Of a stretch of DNA of 64,000 bases, positions 38,142 through 47,299 are shown one piece after another (within the stretch, counting starts at the first letter, position 1; each line of letters opens with the position of its first letter). A program made the translations under genes and the position numbers. Under the pieces are notes generated by a model. That model had not been told where the DNA came from. It searched no databases and saw only the letters and a list, made by a program, of their open reading frames with translations. Origin of the DNA: Candidatus Auribacterota bacterium (lineage in GTDB: Bacteria; Auribacterota; JAFGBW01; JAFGJP01); assembly GCA_023144635.1 (NCBI GenBank), contig JAGLFH010000036.1, forward strand, positions 2,645 to 66,644, written 5' to 3'.

Positions 38142-38171
38142 ACCAAACATCGTTGTCATCCCGGACTCTGA
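38142..38171. repeat. REP-like palindromic repeat, copy 3 (reverse orientation)
   Basis: gttGTCATCCCGGactctgatCCGGGATCC. Confidence 0.55.
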
Positions 38172-38409
38172 TCCGGGATCCAAGTCATATACTGCAAATG
38201 TTTGGTAACGAAAAGAATGCACTGTAATCGGCTCACCATCGGTAAAAATATTCGAACTTAATATCCTAGTTCCCTATAAAAAACATGGTGATAACATGTA
38301 TCTACATATTTTTATAAAATATTTTTCTTTTTCTCTGATCATTAGCTTATTATAAACCCTTTCGAATTTTTTTATGAAATATGCAGGCTAATCAGTTATA
38401 ATCTAAGCT

Positions 38410-39525
38410 ATGGCTAAAAAGAAAAGTAAGTGGTATTTTTTTAGAATATCTATCTGGATATTGATAATAACTTTTCTTTCCCTTTATTTTGTTATTCCAT
38501 CTTTATTTTTAAACCGGCTTTTTTTTCTGAAAAAAGCAGAAGACTTGTGGGAAAAGAACATTGATAACTCACAGCTTTCTATTGGATCAATTAAATGGAA
38601 CAGCCTGGCTGATTTTTCTATACAGAATACTAATATATCCTTTTATGATAAAAAAAAGAAAAAATGGAAAGAAAAAATACATATTGGTGAAATACATTCC
38701 ACATTGCCTCCTGAAGCTTATCTAACTAAAGGCCTTCCGTTTACCAAAAATAATTTATCCTTTTTCCATATTCTATCAAAAAGCATCAACGCATCTCATG
38801 ATTCTATTAAAATAGATAATGCTTCATTTGACTTAAACGGATTTATTTATCCGTTACTGTTTTCCAAGCATAATATAGATCCTTTTCTTTTTGATTTTAC
38901 AGGAAAATTTTTTATTGAAAATCTAAGCTTTGATTCAAATAAAATAAGATCATTAAAAGGGACTTTCTCTAATGTTCCCGAAAAGTATCTTTACATAAAA
39001 GGTACAGTCTTATGGGAAAAAGCATCGTTTACATATGTTATTAAAGCATCTCATGATAAAAGCGAAATATATGCTACTGGGAAAAATATTGATCTGCAAC
39101 AATTTGTATCTAATAAAATTGTAACTGACAGCTTATTTAGAACTAATATTATTGTTAAGCTAAGAGGTAATAATATAACATCTTTTTCTGCTATCCTTGA
39201 TTCTCAAGATAAAGGTACTGTTGAAAATTTTGACTTTTATAGTATAATATCTATAATTCCGCAGGATCAAAGAAACAATATTAAAAATACTTTAGATAGT
39301 TTCCAAAAATATGAATATGCTAACGCTCAGATAAAGTTTATTTGGGAAAATTCAGTATTTTTTACAGACTATCACTTTTTTGGAAACCTAAAAGGGGATG
39401 AACGACATATAACTATACCATTACATACAGATTCTAACTTCAGTGAATTTATGGAAAGAGTTAAAATAGATATTTTTCCTGTTTTTTCAAAGGAATTAAA
39501 CAGTATAATACGTTATCTTAAATAA
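38410..39525 (+). CDS. Membrane-anchored hypothetical protein, possibly YdbH/AsmA-like
   Basis: N-terminal TM helix and a beta-rich periplasmic body. Immediately upstream of a YdbL-like lipoprotein gene, as in the E. coli ydbH-ynbE-ydbL arrangement. Confidence 0.35.
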   Translation: MAKKKSKWYFFRISIWILIITFLSLYFVIPSLFLNRLFFLKKAEDLWEKNIDNSQLSIGSIKWNSLADFSIQNTNISFYDKKKKKWKEKIHIGEIHSTLPPEAYLTKGLPFTKNNLSFFHILSKSINASHDSIKIDNASFDLNGFIYPLLFSKHNIDPFLFDFTGKFFIENLSFDSNKIRSLKGTFSNVPEKYLYIKGTVLWEKASFTYVIKASHDKSEIYATGKNIDLQQFVSNKIVTDSLFRTNIIVKLRGNNITSFSAILDSQDKGTVENFDFYSIISIIPQDQRNNIKNTLDSFQKYEYANAQIKFIWENSVFFTDYHFFGNLKGDERHITIPLHTDSNFSEFMERVKIDIFPVFSKELNSIIRYLK

Positions 39526-39538
39526 AAAGGAGATCTTC

Positions 39539-40078
39539 ATGAAAACAAGTCTGATTTTTACGTTGTTATTAGTTTCACTTTTTTTTATATCGGCCTGTAA
39601 AACAGAGCATAAAATAGCTGTTGAAACACCAAAACCCATAAAAATAGAGGCCCGGATCGATATTTATCTTCATGCAGCAAGTATTGAAGATATGGTATCA
39701 GGAAAAGCTCCTATTCCTAAAACACAAACACCTGATGATAAGGAAAGCTTTCTTAATAAGATAATAAAAGACGTTTTCTTTATAAAAGAAGCAACTGCTG
39801 AAGAAATTTCTTTTAAGAATATGACAAAGGATATGCAAGAGCTTATTTTAAGAAGAAAAAATCGATTTTCTGCAATAAGAACACTTATTGATCAGGGAAA
39901 ATTAAAAGAAGGAACAAACGGGTATCTAATAAAAACAGGTGATTTAGCAGATGATGAAAAGAAATTAATGGATGAAGAAAATAATGATAGAAAGTCTCTT
40001 TACAAAGAGCTTGCTAAACAAAACAATCTATCTCTTGAAAAAGTAGAAAAAGCATTTGCAAAAGCACATGACAAATAA
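39539..40078 (+). CDS. Lipoprotein, YdbL-like (DUF1318-like C-terminus)
   Basis: Lipobox FISAC. C-terminal ENNDRKSLYKELAKQNNLSL resembles the DUF1318 N-DR-LY signature. Confidence 0.4.
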   Translation: MKTSLIFTLLLVSLFFISACKTEHKIAVETPKPIKIEARIDIYLHAASIEDMVSGKAPIPKTQTPDDKESFLNKIIKDVFFIKEATAEEISFKNMTKDMQELILRRKNRFSAIRTLIDQGKLKEGTNGYLIKTGDLADDEKKLMDEENNDRKSLYKELAKQNNLSLEKVEKAFAKAHDK

Positions 40079-40122
40079 GAACCTTACAGTTATCAGTTTT
40101 CAGCTTTTATAATATTAATGTA

Positions 40123-40671
40123 ATGGCTATTAATAACTTATTAAAAGTCTTTATAGGTAAAACCACCATAGAAGTAATTCGAGGTGATATAACTTTATCG
40201 GAAACTTGCGCTATTGTAAATGCTGCAAACAAGGATCTACAACCTGGAGGAGGCGTTGCAGGCGCAATTCATAGTGCTGCAGGAAATAAACTTTATGAAG
40301 AATGTAAAAAAATAGGATATTGTGAAACAGGAGATGCAAAATTAACACGTGGCTATGACCTTTTAGCTCAATATGTCATACATACTGTAGGCCCTGTTTA
40401 TAGCTCCAGTCCAGATGATGCTACGGCATTAAGATCATGTTATATAAATTCTCTTTTACTTGCTGAAAAAAATGTGATCAGCTCTATTTCTTTTCCGGCA
40501 ATAAGCACGGGTATCTTTGGTTATCCGGTAAATGAAGCTGCACATGTCTCATTAACAGCAATTAAAGATTATCTCAAAAAAGATTCCTCTATTGAGCTTA
40601 TAAGAATTGTATTATATGATTATCTATCATTTGAAATATTTGAAAATATTTTTAAAAAAGTCTTTGTTTAA
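40123..40671 (+). CDS. Macro-domain protein (ADP-ribose / O-acetyl-ADP-ribose binding or deacylase, YmdB-like)
   Basis: RGDITLSETCAIVNAANKDLQPGGGVAGAI...HTVGPVY...ISFPAISTGIFGYP. Confidence 0.85.
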   Translation: MAINNLLKVFIGKTTIEVIRGDITLSETCAIVNAANKDLQPGGGVAGAIHSAAGNKLYEECKKIGYCETGDAKLTRGYDLLAQYVIHTVGPVYSSSPDDATALRSCYINSLLLAEKNVISSISFPAISTGIFGYPVNEAAHVSLTAIKDYLKKDSSIELIRIVLYDYLSFEIFENIFKKVFV

Positions 40672-40672
40672 T

Positions 40673-41299
40673 ATGAACCAAATAAAATACTTTGAATCAA
40701 TTTATATTCCCTTAAGGAAAGAAAAAATATATAAACGCCTCGGCTATAATAAGCATTTTACCCGTATTGATGAAAAACAAAAAAATCAACTTGAAGATTA
40801 TTTTGAAGAAGCCCTTCTGCTCCTTGAGCTAAAAGGCGCTGCAAAACGTATTTTAATTGAGAAAAACAATACTGAAAAAATATCTTTGTCAGGAAACATT
40901 TCTTTTGAAAGCAAAAAACTGGCTAATTTTCTGGAAGGATCCAGTGAAGTACTTATCATGGGTGCAACCGCAGGTAAAAAAATAATGGAAAGTATTGTAA
41001 AAGATTCGACAAGTGATAACTTAACCCGTGGTGTAGTCTTTGATGCAGTTGCAAGTGAAATGGTAGATGATTGTTTCCTATGGATGGTCAATTATTTTAA
41101 TACTGAACTTAGAAGAGAAAACAGACAACTCACAAAAAGACGTTTCTCAGCAGGATATGGTGATTTTGAGCTAAAAAATCAAAAACTGATCTATAATATT
41201 CTTGAACTTAATAAACTTGATATTACATTAAGCAATAGTTTTATACTTATACCCGAAAAATCAGTTACTGCTGTAGCGGGAATTATAAATATAGAATAA
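40673..41299 (+). CDS. Stand-alone methionine synthase activation (AdoMet-binding, Met_synt_B12) domain protein
   Basis: RRFSAGYGDFELKNQ matches the RxSPGYGD reactivation-domain signature. True ATG at 40673; the ORF track started inside the macro gene. Confidence 0.65.
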   Translation: MNQIKYFESIYIPLRKEKIYKRLGYNKHFTRIDEKQKNQLEDYFEEALLLLELKGAAKRILIEKNNTEKISLSGNISFESKKLANFLEGSSEVLIMGATAGKKIMESIVKDSTSDNLTRGVVFDAVASEMVDDCFLWMVNYFNTELRRENRQLTKRRFSAGYGDFELKNQKLIYNILELNKLDITLSNSFILIPEKSVTAVAGIINIE

Positions 41300-41378
41300 G
41301 GTATATCAACAAGGAAGAAGAAAAACAGATAGGAAACAGAATGAAGTTTATTGACCGAAAAACAAGTAGTGAACAAAA

Positions 41379-43013
41379 TTGAAAGAGTTTTATTTTATAC
41401 AAAACTCCGTGCGGCTTTTCATTTGCTTTTGCCTTTTTATAGCTGTGGGAGGTTGTACAACAGCTGAAAAAAATAGCCGGCAAAGCTGGAGCAGTCTGTT
41501 TGAACCAGACCGTCCTTTTTTTGCTGAAGATAAAAATCAGGCTTATGACCAGGAACATCTTGAAAAGGATTATGTCCGTCTGGGTGAGCTTTTGGAGGAA
41601 CTGGATGAGCTAGCTAATGAAATGGCAAAGATAAAAAGGAATTTTGCCTTAAGTGAAAAGCCTTATTTAACAGATAAGAATAATGAAGAGATTCAATTTT
41701 TGATGTTTCGTTATCTGAATGCACAGGATGCGCTCTGGCAGATTGCTGACTATTACCGCTCAATCGGAGCTGAAGATACTGTAATGGATACAAAAGGCGC
41801 GGTTCTTGGGATGAGCGCTGGCCTGAATCTTGGCTATTACAGTTCCAAGTTTATTGCTTTTTTTGTAGAGAACAATGAAATTATCCAGCTGATTAATTCC
41901 GCACATCCCCGCTATGAAATCCAGCGGGGTATGTTTGATCAATTATTTCATGATGTCACTTCCGTAGATAATCTTGAGTTTCTGCAAGTGGCCTGGTATC
42001 TTATCGGACGGGAACTGGCTGACAAGAATAGCCGGCTTTCTCAATTGCAGCTATCAGACCCTCTGTACAACGATCTAATCAAGAATATGGATCGTTTACA
42101 TGCTGATACGCTTCTTCAAACGAAATTTATTCTATATGCAAGCCGACATGATCTTCCGAATATCAGCAATCGTCTGCGTCACAGCCGCATTGTTAAGTTG
42201 GGCGAAGAAGCGATCGACAGAATCGGGCAGAATTTATACAAGGCGCGCGGTATTTTGTTCAAGAAAGTAGCACGTATTAAAAGACCAAATGCTCATCTGA
42301 CACAATTTTCTGAAGATCAGGTGCAAAAGATCAAGGCTATGCTTGAACCAGGCGATATTTTGCTGACCTATACAGCCGGGTATTTGGGGAATATTTTTCT
42401 GCCTGGAACATTTAAACATGGGATTACGTATATCGGCACCGTAAATGAAAGACGGCGTGTTGGTTTGGTAGATGATGTGCTCGCCAAATATGCTGTTTCT
42501 AAGAAACAGAGCCAGGAACTTATTAAACTCGTGAATTATGAGCGAATCCCATCAGGCCATGAGGCCAATATTATTGAAGCTGTAGCTGAAGGTGTACGGA
42601 TCTTTTCGCTCGATGAATTATTGGAAACACATATTAATTATTTGCTTGTTCTCCGTCCAAAATTATCGAACAAAGAGCGCCTGAAACAGCTGATATCAAC
42701 CATGCAGTATGTGGGAGTGGGCTATGATTTTAATTTTGATTTTATTGATGATACGAATCAAAGCTGTATGGAACTTATATACCGTACAATAGGAGCCACC
42801 GGAGCAATTGATCTTTCTCTTGTGGATCTGGATGGCCGCTGGGTCCTGGAGGCTGATAATATTGTGAATAATTATCTTGCGGGCACTCCGGATGCTTTTG
42901 ATTTTGTTTTATTTGCGGAAGAAACCTCTAAAGGCAAGGACTATAATGCAGTAGTCCATACAGGACACAATGGCAAAGCTAGACTGCGAGAACTAATGGC
43001 TGTGACACAATAA
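41379..43013 (+). CDS. Lipoprotein with a possible YiiX/C92-like permuted papain fold; noticeably higher GC and CTG-rich codon usage
   Basis: Lipobox AVGGC. PGDILLTYTAGYLGNIFLPGTFKHGITYIG. Roughly 40%+ GC by eye against roughly 30% in the flanks. Confidence 0.45.
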   Translation: MKEFYFIQNSVRLFICFCLFIAVGGCTTAEKNSRQSWSSLFEPDRPFFAEDKNQAYDQEHLEKDYVRLGELLEELDELANEMAKIKRNFALSEKPYLTDKNNEEIQFLMFRYLNAQDALWQIADYYRSIGAEDTVMDTKGAVLGMSAGLNLGYYSSKFIAFFVENNEIIQLINSAHPRYEIQRGMFDQLFHDVTSVDNLEFLQVAWYLIGRELADKNSRLSQLQLSDPLYNDLIKNMDRLHADTLLQTKFILYASRHDLPNISNRLRHSRIVKLGEEAIDRIGQNLYKARGILFKKVARIKRPNAHLTQFSEDQVQKIKAMLEPGDILLTYTAGYLGNIFLPGTFKHGITYIGTVNERRRVGLVDDVLAKYAVSKKQSQELIKLVNYERIPSGHEANIIEAVAEGVRIFSLDELLETHINYLLVLRPKLSNKERLKQLISTMQYVGVGYDFNFDFIDDTNQSCMELIYRTIGATGAIDLSLVDLDGRWVLEADNIVNNYLAGTPDAFDFVLFAEETSKGKDYNAVVHTGHNGKARLRELMAVTQ

Positions 43014-43236
43014 GTTGATACAAATATCAAGTACTCCGAGAGCTATAAGGAGATAACACTCTTAAATCCCAATAATTTCCTTCTTCGTTTAGTTGTTTAC
43101 AATATTGGTAACAAAAATTTCACGCAATAATCCTGTCAAATAATTTTATCTTTTGCATTTTTTTATTATTGGAAATAAATCATCTGCTTCCTAAAGAAGC
43201 TCCATAAACACATCACTCACTACGCATAACGCACAA

Positions 43237-43461
43237 CTATTTATGAATGGGCGGTTTTGCAGCAAGCATAATACCAGCGAATATCCCTATAAGAACTGTT
43301 GTAAATGCATTACTTGTTAAAGGACATGTTCCTGTTGTGCATTTTGTGATCAAACTTAAAATATAACCTGCTCCTGCACCAATTAAAGCACCTATTACAT
43401 AACGCATATATACACCTTTTTTCATAAACATATAAACATTATACAAATAAAAAATATTCAT
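43237..43461 (-). CDS. Small hydrophobic membrane protein with a Cys pair; start uncertain
   Basis: VIGALIGAGAGYILSLITKCTTGTCPL...IGIFAGIMLA, two TM segments. Confidence 0.35.
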   Translation of the reverse strand: MNIFYLYNVYMFMKKGVYMRYVIGALIGAGAGYILSLITKCTTGTCPLTSNAFTTVLIGIFAGIMLAAKPPIHK

Positions 43462-43530
43462 TTTTATCTTAATATAGTAACAAATTCCAACTCATGTTAT
43501 AATTTATAAAAAAAAATAAGGATTTTAAAA

Positions 43531-45930
43531 ATGGACACAAAAAGAAAAATATTAAATATTATCAAAAAAAGAATACTTATACTTGATGGTGCAACAGGAA
43601 CAGAACTTCAAAAGCGGGGATATCCAGGAGGAATTTGTCCTGAAAAATGGACAATAGATCATCCTGATGTTCTTAGTTCTATTTATTCCGATTACTGCAA
43701 AGCAGGTTCTGACATTGTTTTCACATCAACATTTGGAGCTAACAGGCTCAAACTTTCCGAATATAACATAAGTGACGTAGTTGGAACTAATAAAAAACTT
43801 GCCAGTTTAGCAAAAAAAGCTGTCACAAAAAACACTTTTGTTGCAGGAGACATAGGACCGACCGGGCATTTTATAGAACCATTTGGAAATATTAAATTTG
43901 AAGAAGCTGTTAATATTTTTAAGGAACAGGTTAAGGGACTTCTTGAAGGAGGAGTAGATCTTTTTGTAATAGAGACTATGATGGATATTCAGGAGGCACG
44001 CGCAGCTTTAATCGCTGTAAAAGAACTAACTGATTCTTTTACAATGGTAACGATGACTTTTGAAAAAGATGGAAGGACCTTAAACGGAACAAACCCTGCT
44101 GCAGCACTTATAACCCTTCAAAGCTTGGGGGCAGATGCTTTTGGCTGTAATTGTTCCACTGGGCCTCTTGGAATGCTTCCTTTTATTGAATCTATGAAAC
44201 CCCTTGCAACCATACCTTTAATAGCAAAGCCAAATGCCGGACTTCCTAAACTGTTAAAAGGAAAAACCGTTTTTGAAATGTCTCCTAAAGATTTTGCCCA
44301 AAGCACAAAAAATATTGCTTCAGCAGGAGCTAATATATTAGGCGGATGCTGCGGAACGACACCAAAACATATAGCACATTTAGAAAAAATATTAAAAAAT
44401 AAAAAGCCCCAAATGCCACTTAAAAAAAGTATAAGCGCACTCAGTTCTTCTAAAAAATCATTTATTCTAACTGAAAATGATCCATTAAAAATAATAGGAG
44501 AGCGTATAAATCCAACCGGCAAAAAAGCGCTTCAAGAAGAACTTTTAAACGGCAAAACCTCCTTAATACGCAGCTTTGCAAGAGAACAAAAAGAAAAAGG
44601 AGCATCTTTACTGGATGTTAATGTAGGTGTTCCGGACATCGATGAAGTAAAAGTCCTAAAAGACACTATAAATATGCTTTCTATAATAACAGATCTTCCT
44701 CTTGTCCTTGATTCTTCAAATATTAAAGCCTTAGAAAAAGCGCTAAGGATATATCCGGGACGTGCTCTTATAAACTCCATTTCCGGTGAAAAAGAAAAAA
44801 TAGAAAAGCTTCTTCCGATAGCTGCAAAATATGGAGCTATGTTCATATTGCTTCCATTAACAGATAAGGAAATACCTGCAACAGCTATAAAAAGAACAAA
44901 AATAATACAAAGCATTTATGGACATGCGAAAAAACTTGGATTTACCAAACAGGATATTGTTGTAGATTGTCTGGTAATGACTGTTTCATCTGATCCGCGT
45001 TCTGCTATTGAAACTTTAGATACAATAAGTTGGTGCAGAAAAACTTTTAAAACAAAAACAGTAATAGGTCTTTCAAATGTATCCTTTGGTATGCCGCAGA
45101 GAAAGTGGATAAATGCAAGTTTCCTTTCTCTTGCCGCCTCAAGAGGCCTTAACATGGCAATTGCAAATCCATCTCTTGAAACATTTATGAATATTAAAAT
45201 GGCATCAGATGTCCTCCTTAACAAAGATCCTGATGCTTCTAAATATATACAGCATTTTACAGATTCAAAACCACTTGATAAAAAAGAAGCTTTAGTTTCT
45301 ACTCCTGAAAAAAATGTATCCGCAGCCATTTTGGAAGGTAATAGAGAAGAAATAACCGAATTCATTTCAAAAGCACTTTCTACGATAACTCCTGAAGAAT
45401 TGGTAAACACTTATATGATACCTTCTATAACAAAAGTAGGTGATCTTTTTGAGAAAAAGGAGTATTTCCTTCCGCAATTAATAGCAAGTGCAGAAACAAT
45501 GAAAAAGGGATTTAACTACCTTCAGCCTTTATTAAAAAAGAGCCAAAAAACAAACAAGAGTTCTTCAGTTATCCTGCTTGCTACTGTAAGAGGTGATATT
45601 CATGATATCGGTAAAAACATTGTTGCTTTGATGCTTAAAAATCATGGATTTAAAGTAATAGATCTTGGAAAGGACGTTTCAACCGAAACTATACTAAACA
45701 AAATAAGAGATAATAAACCATCTATCGTAGGTCTTTCTGCATTAATGACAACAACAATGGTAAACATGAAAGAAGTTATAACGCAAGCTCGTAAAAAAGG
45801 TTTTAAATGTCATTTCATAGTAGGCGGTGCTGTTGTAACCAATTCATATGCAAAGTCTATTGGGGCGCAATATGCTAAAGATGGCGTTGAAGTAGTTAAG
45901 GCTGCAAAAATACTTATTAAAAATACCTAA
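43531..45930 (+). CDS. metH: Cobalamin-dependent methionine synthase (Hcy-binding, pterin-binding and B12-binding domains) lacking the activation domain
   Basis: Zn ligands CNCSTGP and GGCCGTTP. B12 motif GDIHDIGKN. 799 aa, so no C-terminal AdoMet domain. Confidence 0.9.
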   Translation: MDTKRKILNIIKKRILILDGATGTELQKRGYPGGICPEKWTIDHPDVLSSIYSDYCKAGSDIVFTSTFGANRLKLSEYNISDVVGTNKKLASLAKKAVTKNTFVAGDIGPTGHFIEPFGNIKFEEAVNIFKEQVKGLLEGGVDLFVIETMMDIQEARAALIAVKELTDSFTMVTMTFEKDGRTLNGTNPAAALITLQSLGADAFGCNCSTGPLGMLPFIESMKPLATIPLIAKPNAGLPKLLKGKTVFEMSPKDFAQSTKNIASAGANILGGCCGTTPKHIAHLEKILKNKKPQMPLKKSISALSSSKKSFILTENDPLKIIGERINPTGKKALQEELLNGKTSLIRSFAREQKEKGASLLDVNVGVPDIDEVKVLKDTINMLSIITDLPLVLDSSNIKALEKALRIYPGRALINSISGEKEKIEKLLPIAAKYGAMFILLPLTDKEIPATAIKRTKIIQSIYGHAKKLGFTKQDIVVDCLVMTVSSDPRSAIETLDTISWCRKTFKTKTVIGLSNVSFGMPQRKWINASFLSLAASRGLNMAIANPSLETFMNIKMASDVLLNKDPDASKYIQHFTDSKPLDKKEALVSTPEKNVSAAILEGNREEITEFISKALSTITPEELVNTYMIPSITKVGDLFEKKEYFLPQLIASAETMKKGFNYLQPLLKKSQKTNKSSSVILLATVRGDIHDIGKNIVALMLKNHGFKVIDLGKDVSTETILNKIRDNKPSIVGLSALMTTTMVNMKEVITQARKKGFKCHFIVGGAVVTNSYAKSIGAQYAKDGVEVVKAAKILIKNT

Positions 45931-45973
45931 TTAAATTTTATCTTCTAAAATTTAATAAAATTTTTAAGCCCTA

Positions 45974-46843
45974 TTATAAACTCAAAAAAGTGAATTCTAA
46001 AGTTTCGTCCGGCACCACAATAGGAACAATTGAAAGATCATCTACTTCTATATCTTTTTCAGCAGCATCTTTTCCATCTTTCTCAAGATCAAAAAACTCA
46101 GGCGGCTCTGCAGATACAACAATACCCTTAGTGCTCAGACTTGCACAGATATGGCCAATTACAATATTTACAAACTCTTTAACCGCATCTATAGAAATAT
46201 CATCTACCTCTTCAATATGAGTTTTAAGCATCTTAGTCGAAATACTATAAAAAATCTCTTTTGAAAAACTTAAAATATAATATCCGTTTATTTCTTCTTT
46301 TAATTTTTGCCTTACTGAAAAATGCAGATTTCTCTGATTAATATGAGTTTTTTGGCATCCGCCTATTTTCCCGGATAAATCGACGATCCTTCGAAACAGG
46401 CTAAGTGTAACTGAAAGCATAATATCCATATGCTTGATATCGCTTATATTTTTCAAAGCATCCATCATGATCTGCATGTCTTTTTCCTGAGTATCTTTAT
46501 AATCATTTAAATTCATCTCAAGCTCTTTAAGATTCAGGAAATTCTTTTCGACAAGAGCTTCTCCAAGATATACACGATCACTTTTTTGCTGATGCAACAG
46601 GTCATCAAGAGTTTCTTTTGTCAGATATCCTTTTTCTACAGCAAGTTCACCAAAAAATTTATTTTCTTTTTTCTGAAGCTCTATTACTTCCGATACCTGC
46701 TCATGATTCATAAGACTTTTATCTATTGCTAAAGTACCCAGTTTGATGTTCACATTTTTTTGATATTCAACAGCCTCCAGCAACTGTTTTCGGGTAATGA
46801 CCCCCTTTTCTATCAAAAATTGTCCGAAGAATTTAATGCCCAT
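45974..46843 (-). CDS. Tandem MshEN-like c-di-GMP-binding motifs (x4) fused to a CheX/CheC-type CheY-P phosphatase domain
   Basis: Four 24-aa motifs fitting RLGxxLLxxGLIxxxxLxxxLxxQ: FFGQFLIEKGVITRKQLLEAVEYQ, KLGTLAIDKSLMNHEQVSEVIELQ, FFGELAVEKGYLTKETLDDLLHQQ and YLGEALVEKNFLNLKELEMNL. C-terminal active site D-x3-E-x2-N-x22-P, DAVKEFVN...P. Confidence 0.65.
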   Translation of the reverse strand: MGIKFFGQFLIEKGVITRKQLLEAVEYQKNVNIKLGTLAIDKSLMNHEQVSEVIELQKKENKFFGELAVEKGYLTKETLDDLLHQQKSDRVYLGEALVEKNFLNLKELEMNLNDYKDTQEKDMQIMMDALKNISDIKHMDIMLSVTLSLFRRIVDLSGKIGGCQKTHINQRNLHFSVRQKLKEEINGYYILSFSKEIFYSISTKMLKTHIEEVDDISIDAVKEFVNIVIGHICASLSTKGIVVSAEPPEFFDLEKDGKDAAEKDIEVDDLSIVPIVVPDETLEFTFLSL

Positions 46844-46873
46844 ATCTAAACTCCTTTGTGCAGGCAGCTGAGA

Positions 46874-47263
46874 TTAGTCTGCTTCTTTTGCCTCTATGAT
46901 CTTATTAAAAATTTCTACAATTCTTTCTTTTTCAATTGGCTTCATTATGAAATTCTCAGCGCCTTTTTTCAAACATTCAAGCACCTTTTCCTTTGTTCCC
47001 AAAGAAGAAAGCATGATTATTCTTGCATCTTTATCAAAAGAGATTATTTCCTCTAAAGTTTTATCTCCCGGCATATCAGGCATGATAATATCAAGAAAGA
47101 CCAAATCTGGTGAAAATTCTTTATATTTTTCAATAGCTTCAGCACCGTTAAGTGCTTCCTGTACATTATCTACTCCTTCATCTTCTAATATTTTTCTAAG
47201 CATCTGTCTGGCAATAATAGAATCATCCACTATTAAAACCTTAAGCTCAGTAGCACCTGGCAT
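46874..47263 (-). CDS. CheY-like single-domain response regulator
   Basis: 129 aa REC-only protein. LIVDDS...DIIMPDMPGD...K. Confidence 0.85.
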   Translation of the reverse strand: MPGATELKVLIVDDSIIARQMLRKILEDEGVDNVQEALNGAEAIEKYKEFSPDLVFLDIIMPDMPGDKTLEEIISFDKDARIIMLSSLGTKEKVLECLKKGAENFIMKPIEKERIVEIFNKIIEAKEAD

Positions 47264-47299
47264 AAAAACCTCCTTGAATTATATTAACAATAAACATCA

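Noticed and set aside
40607-40672. Upstream start for the MetH-activation-domain ORF
   Set aside because: That start lies inside the macro-domain gene. An in-frame ATG at 40673 immediately follows the macro gene's stop codon.
44118-45410. Three antisense ORFs of 127-164 aa inside metH
   Set aside because: They are entirely contained in a well-supported metH frame on the opposite strand, with no motifs. They are typical antisense ORFs.
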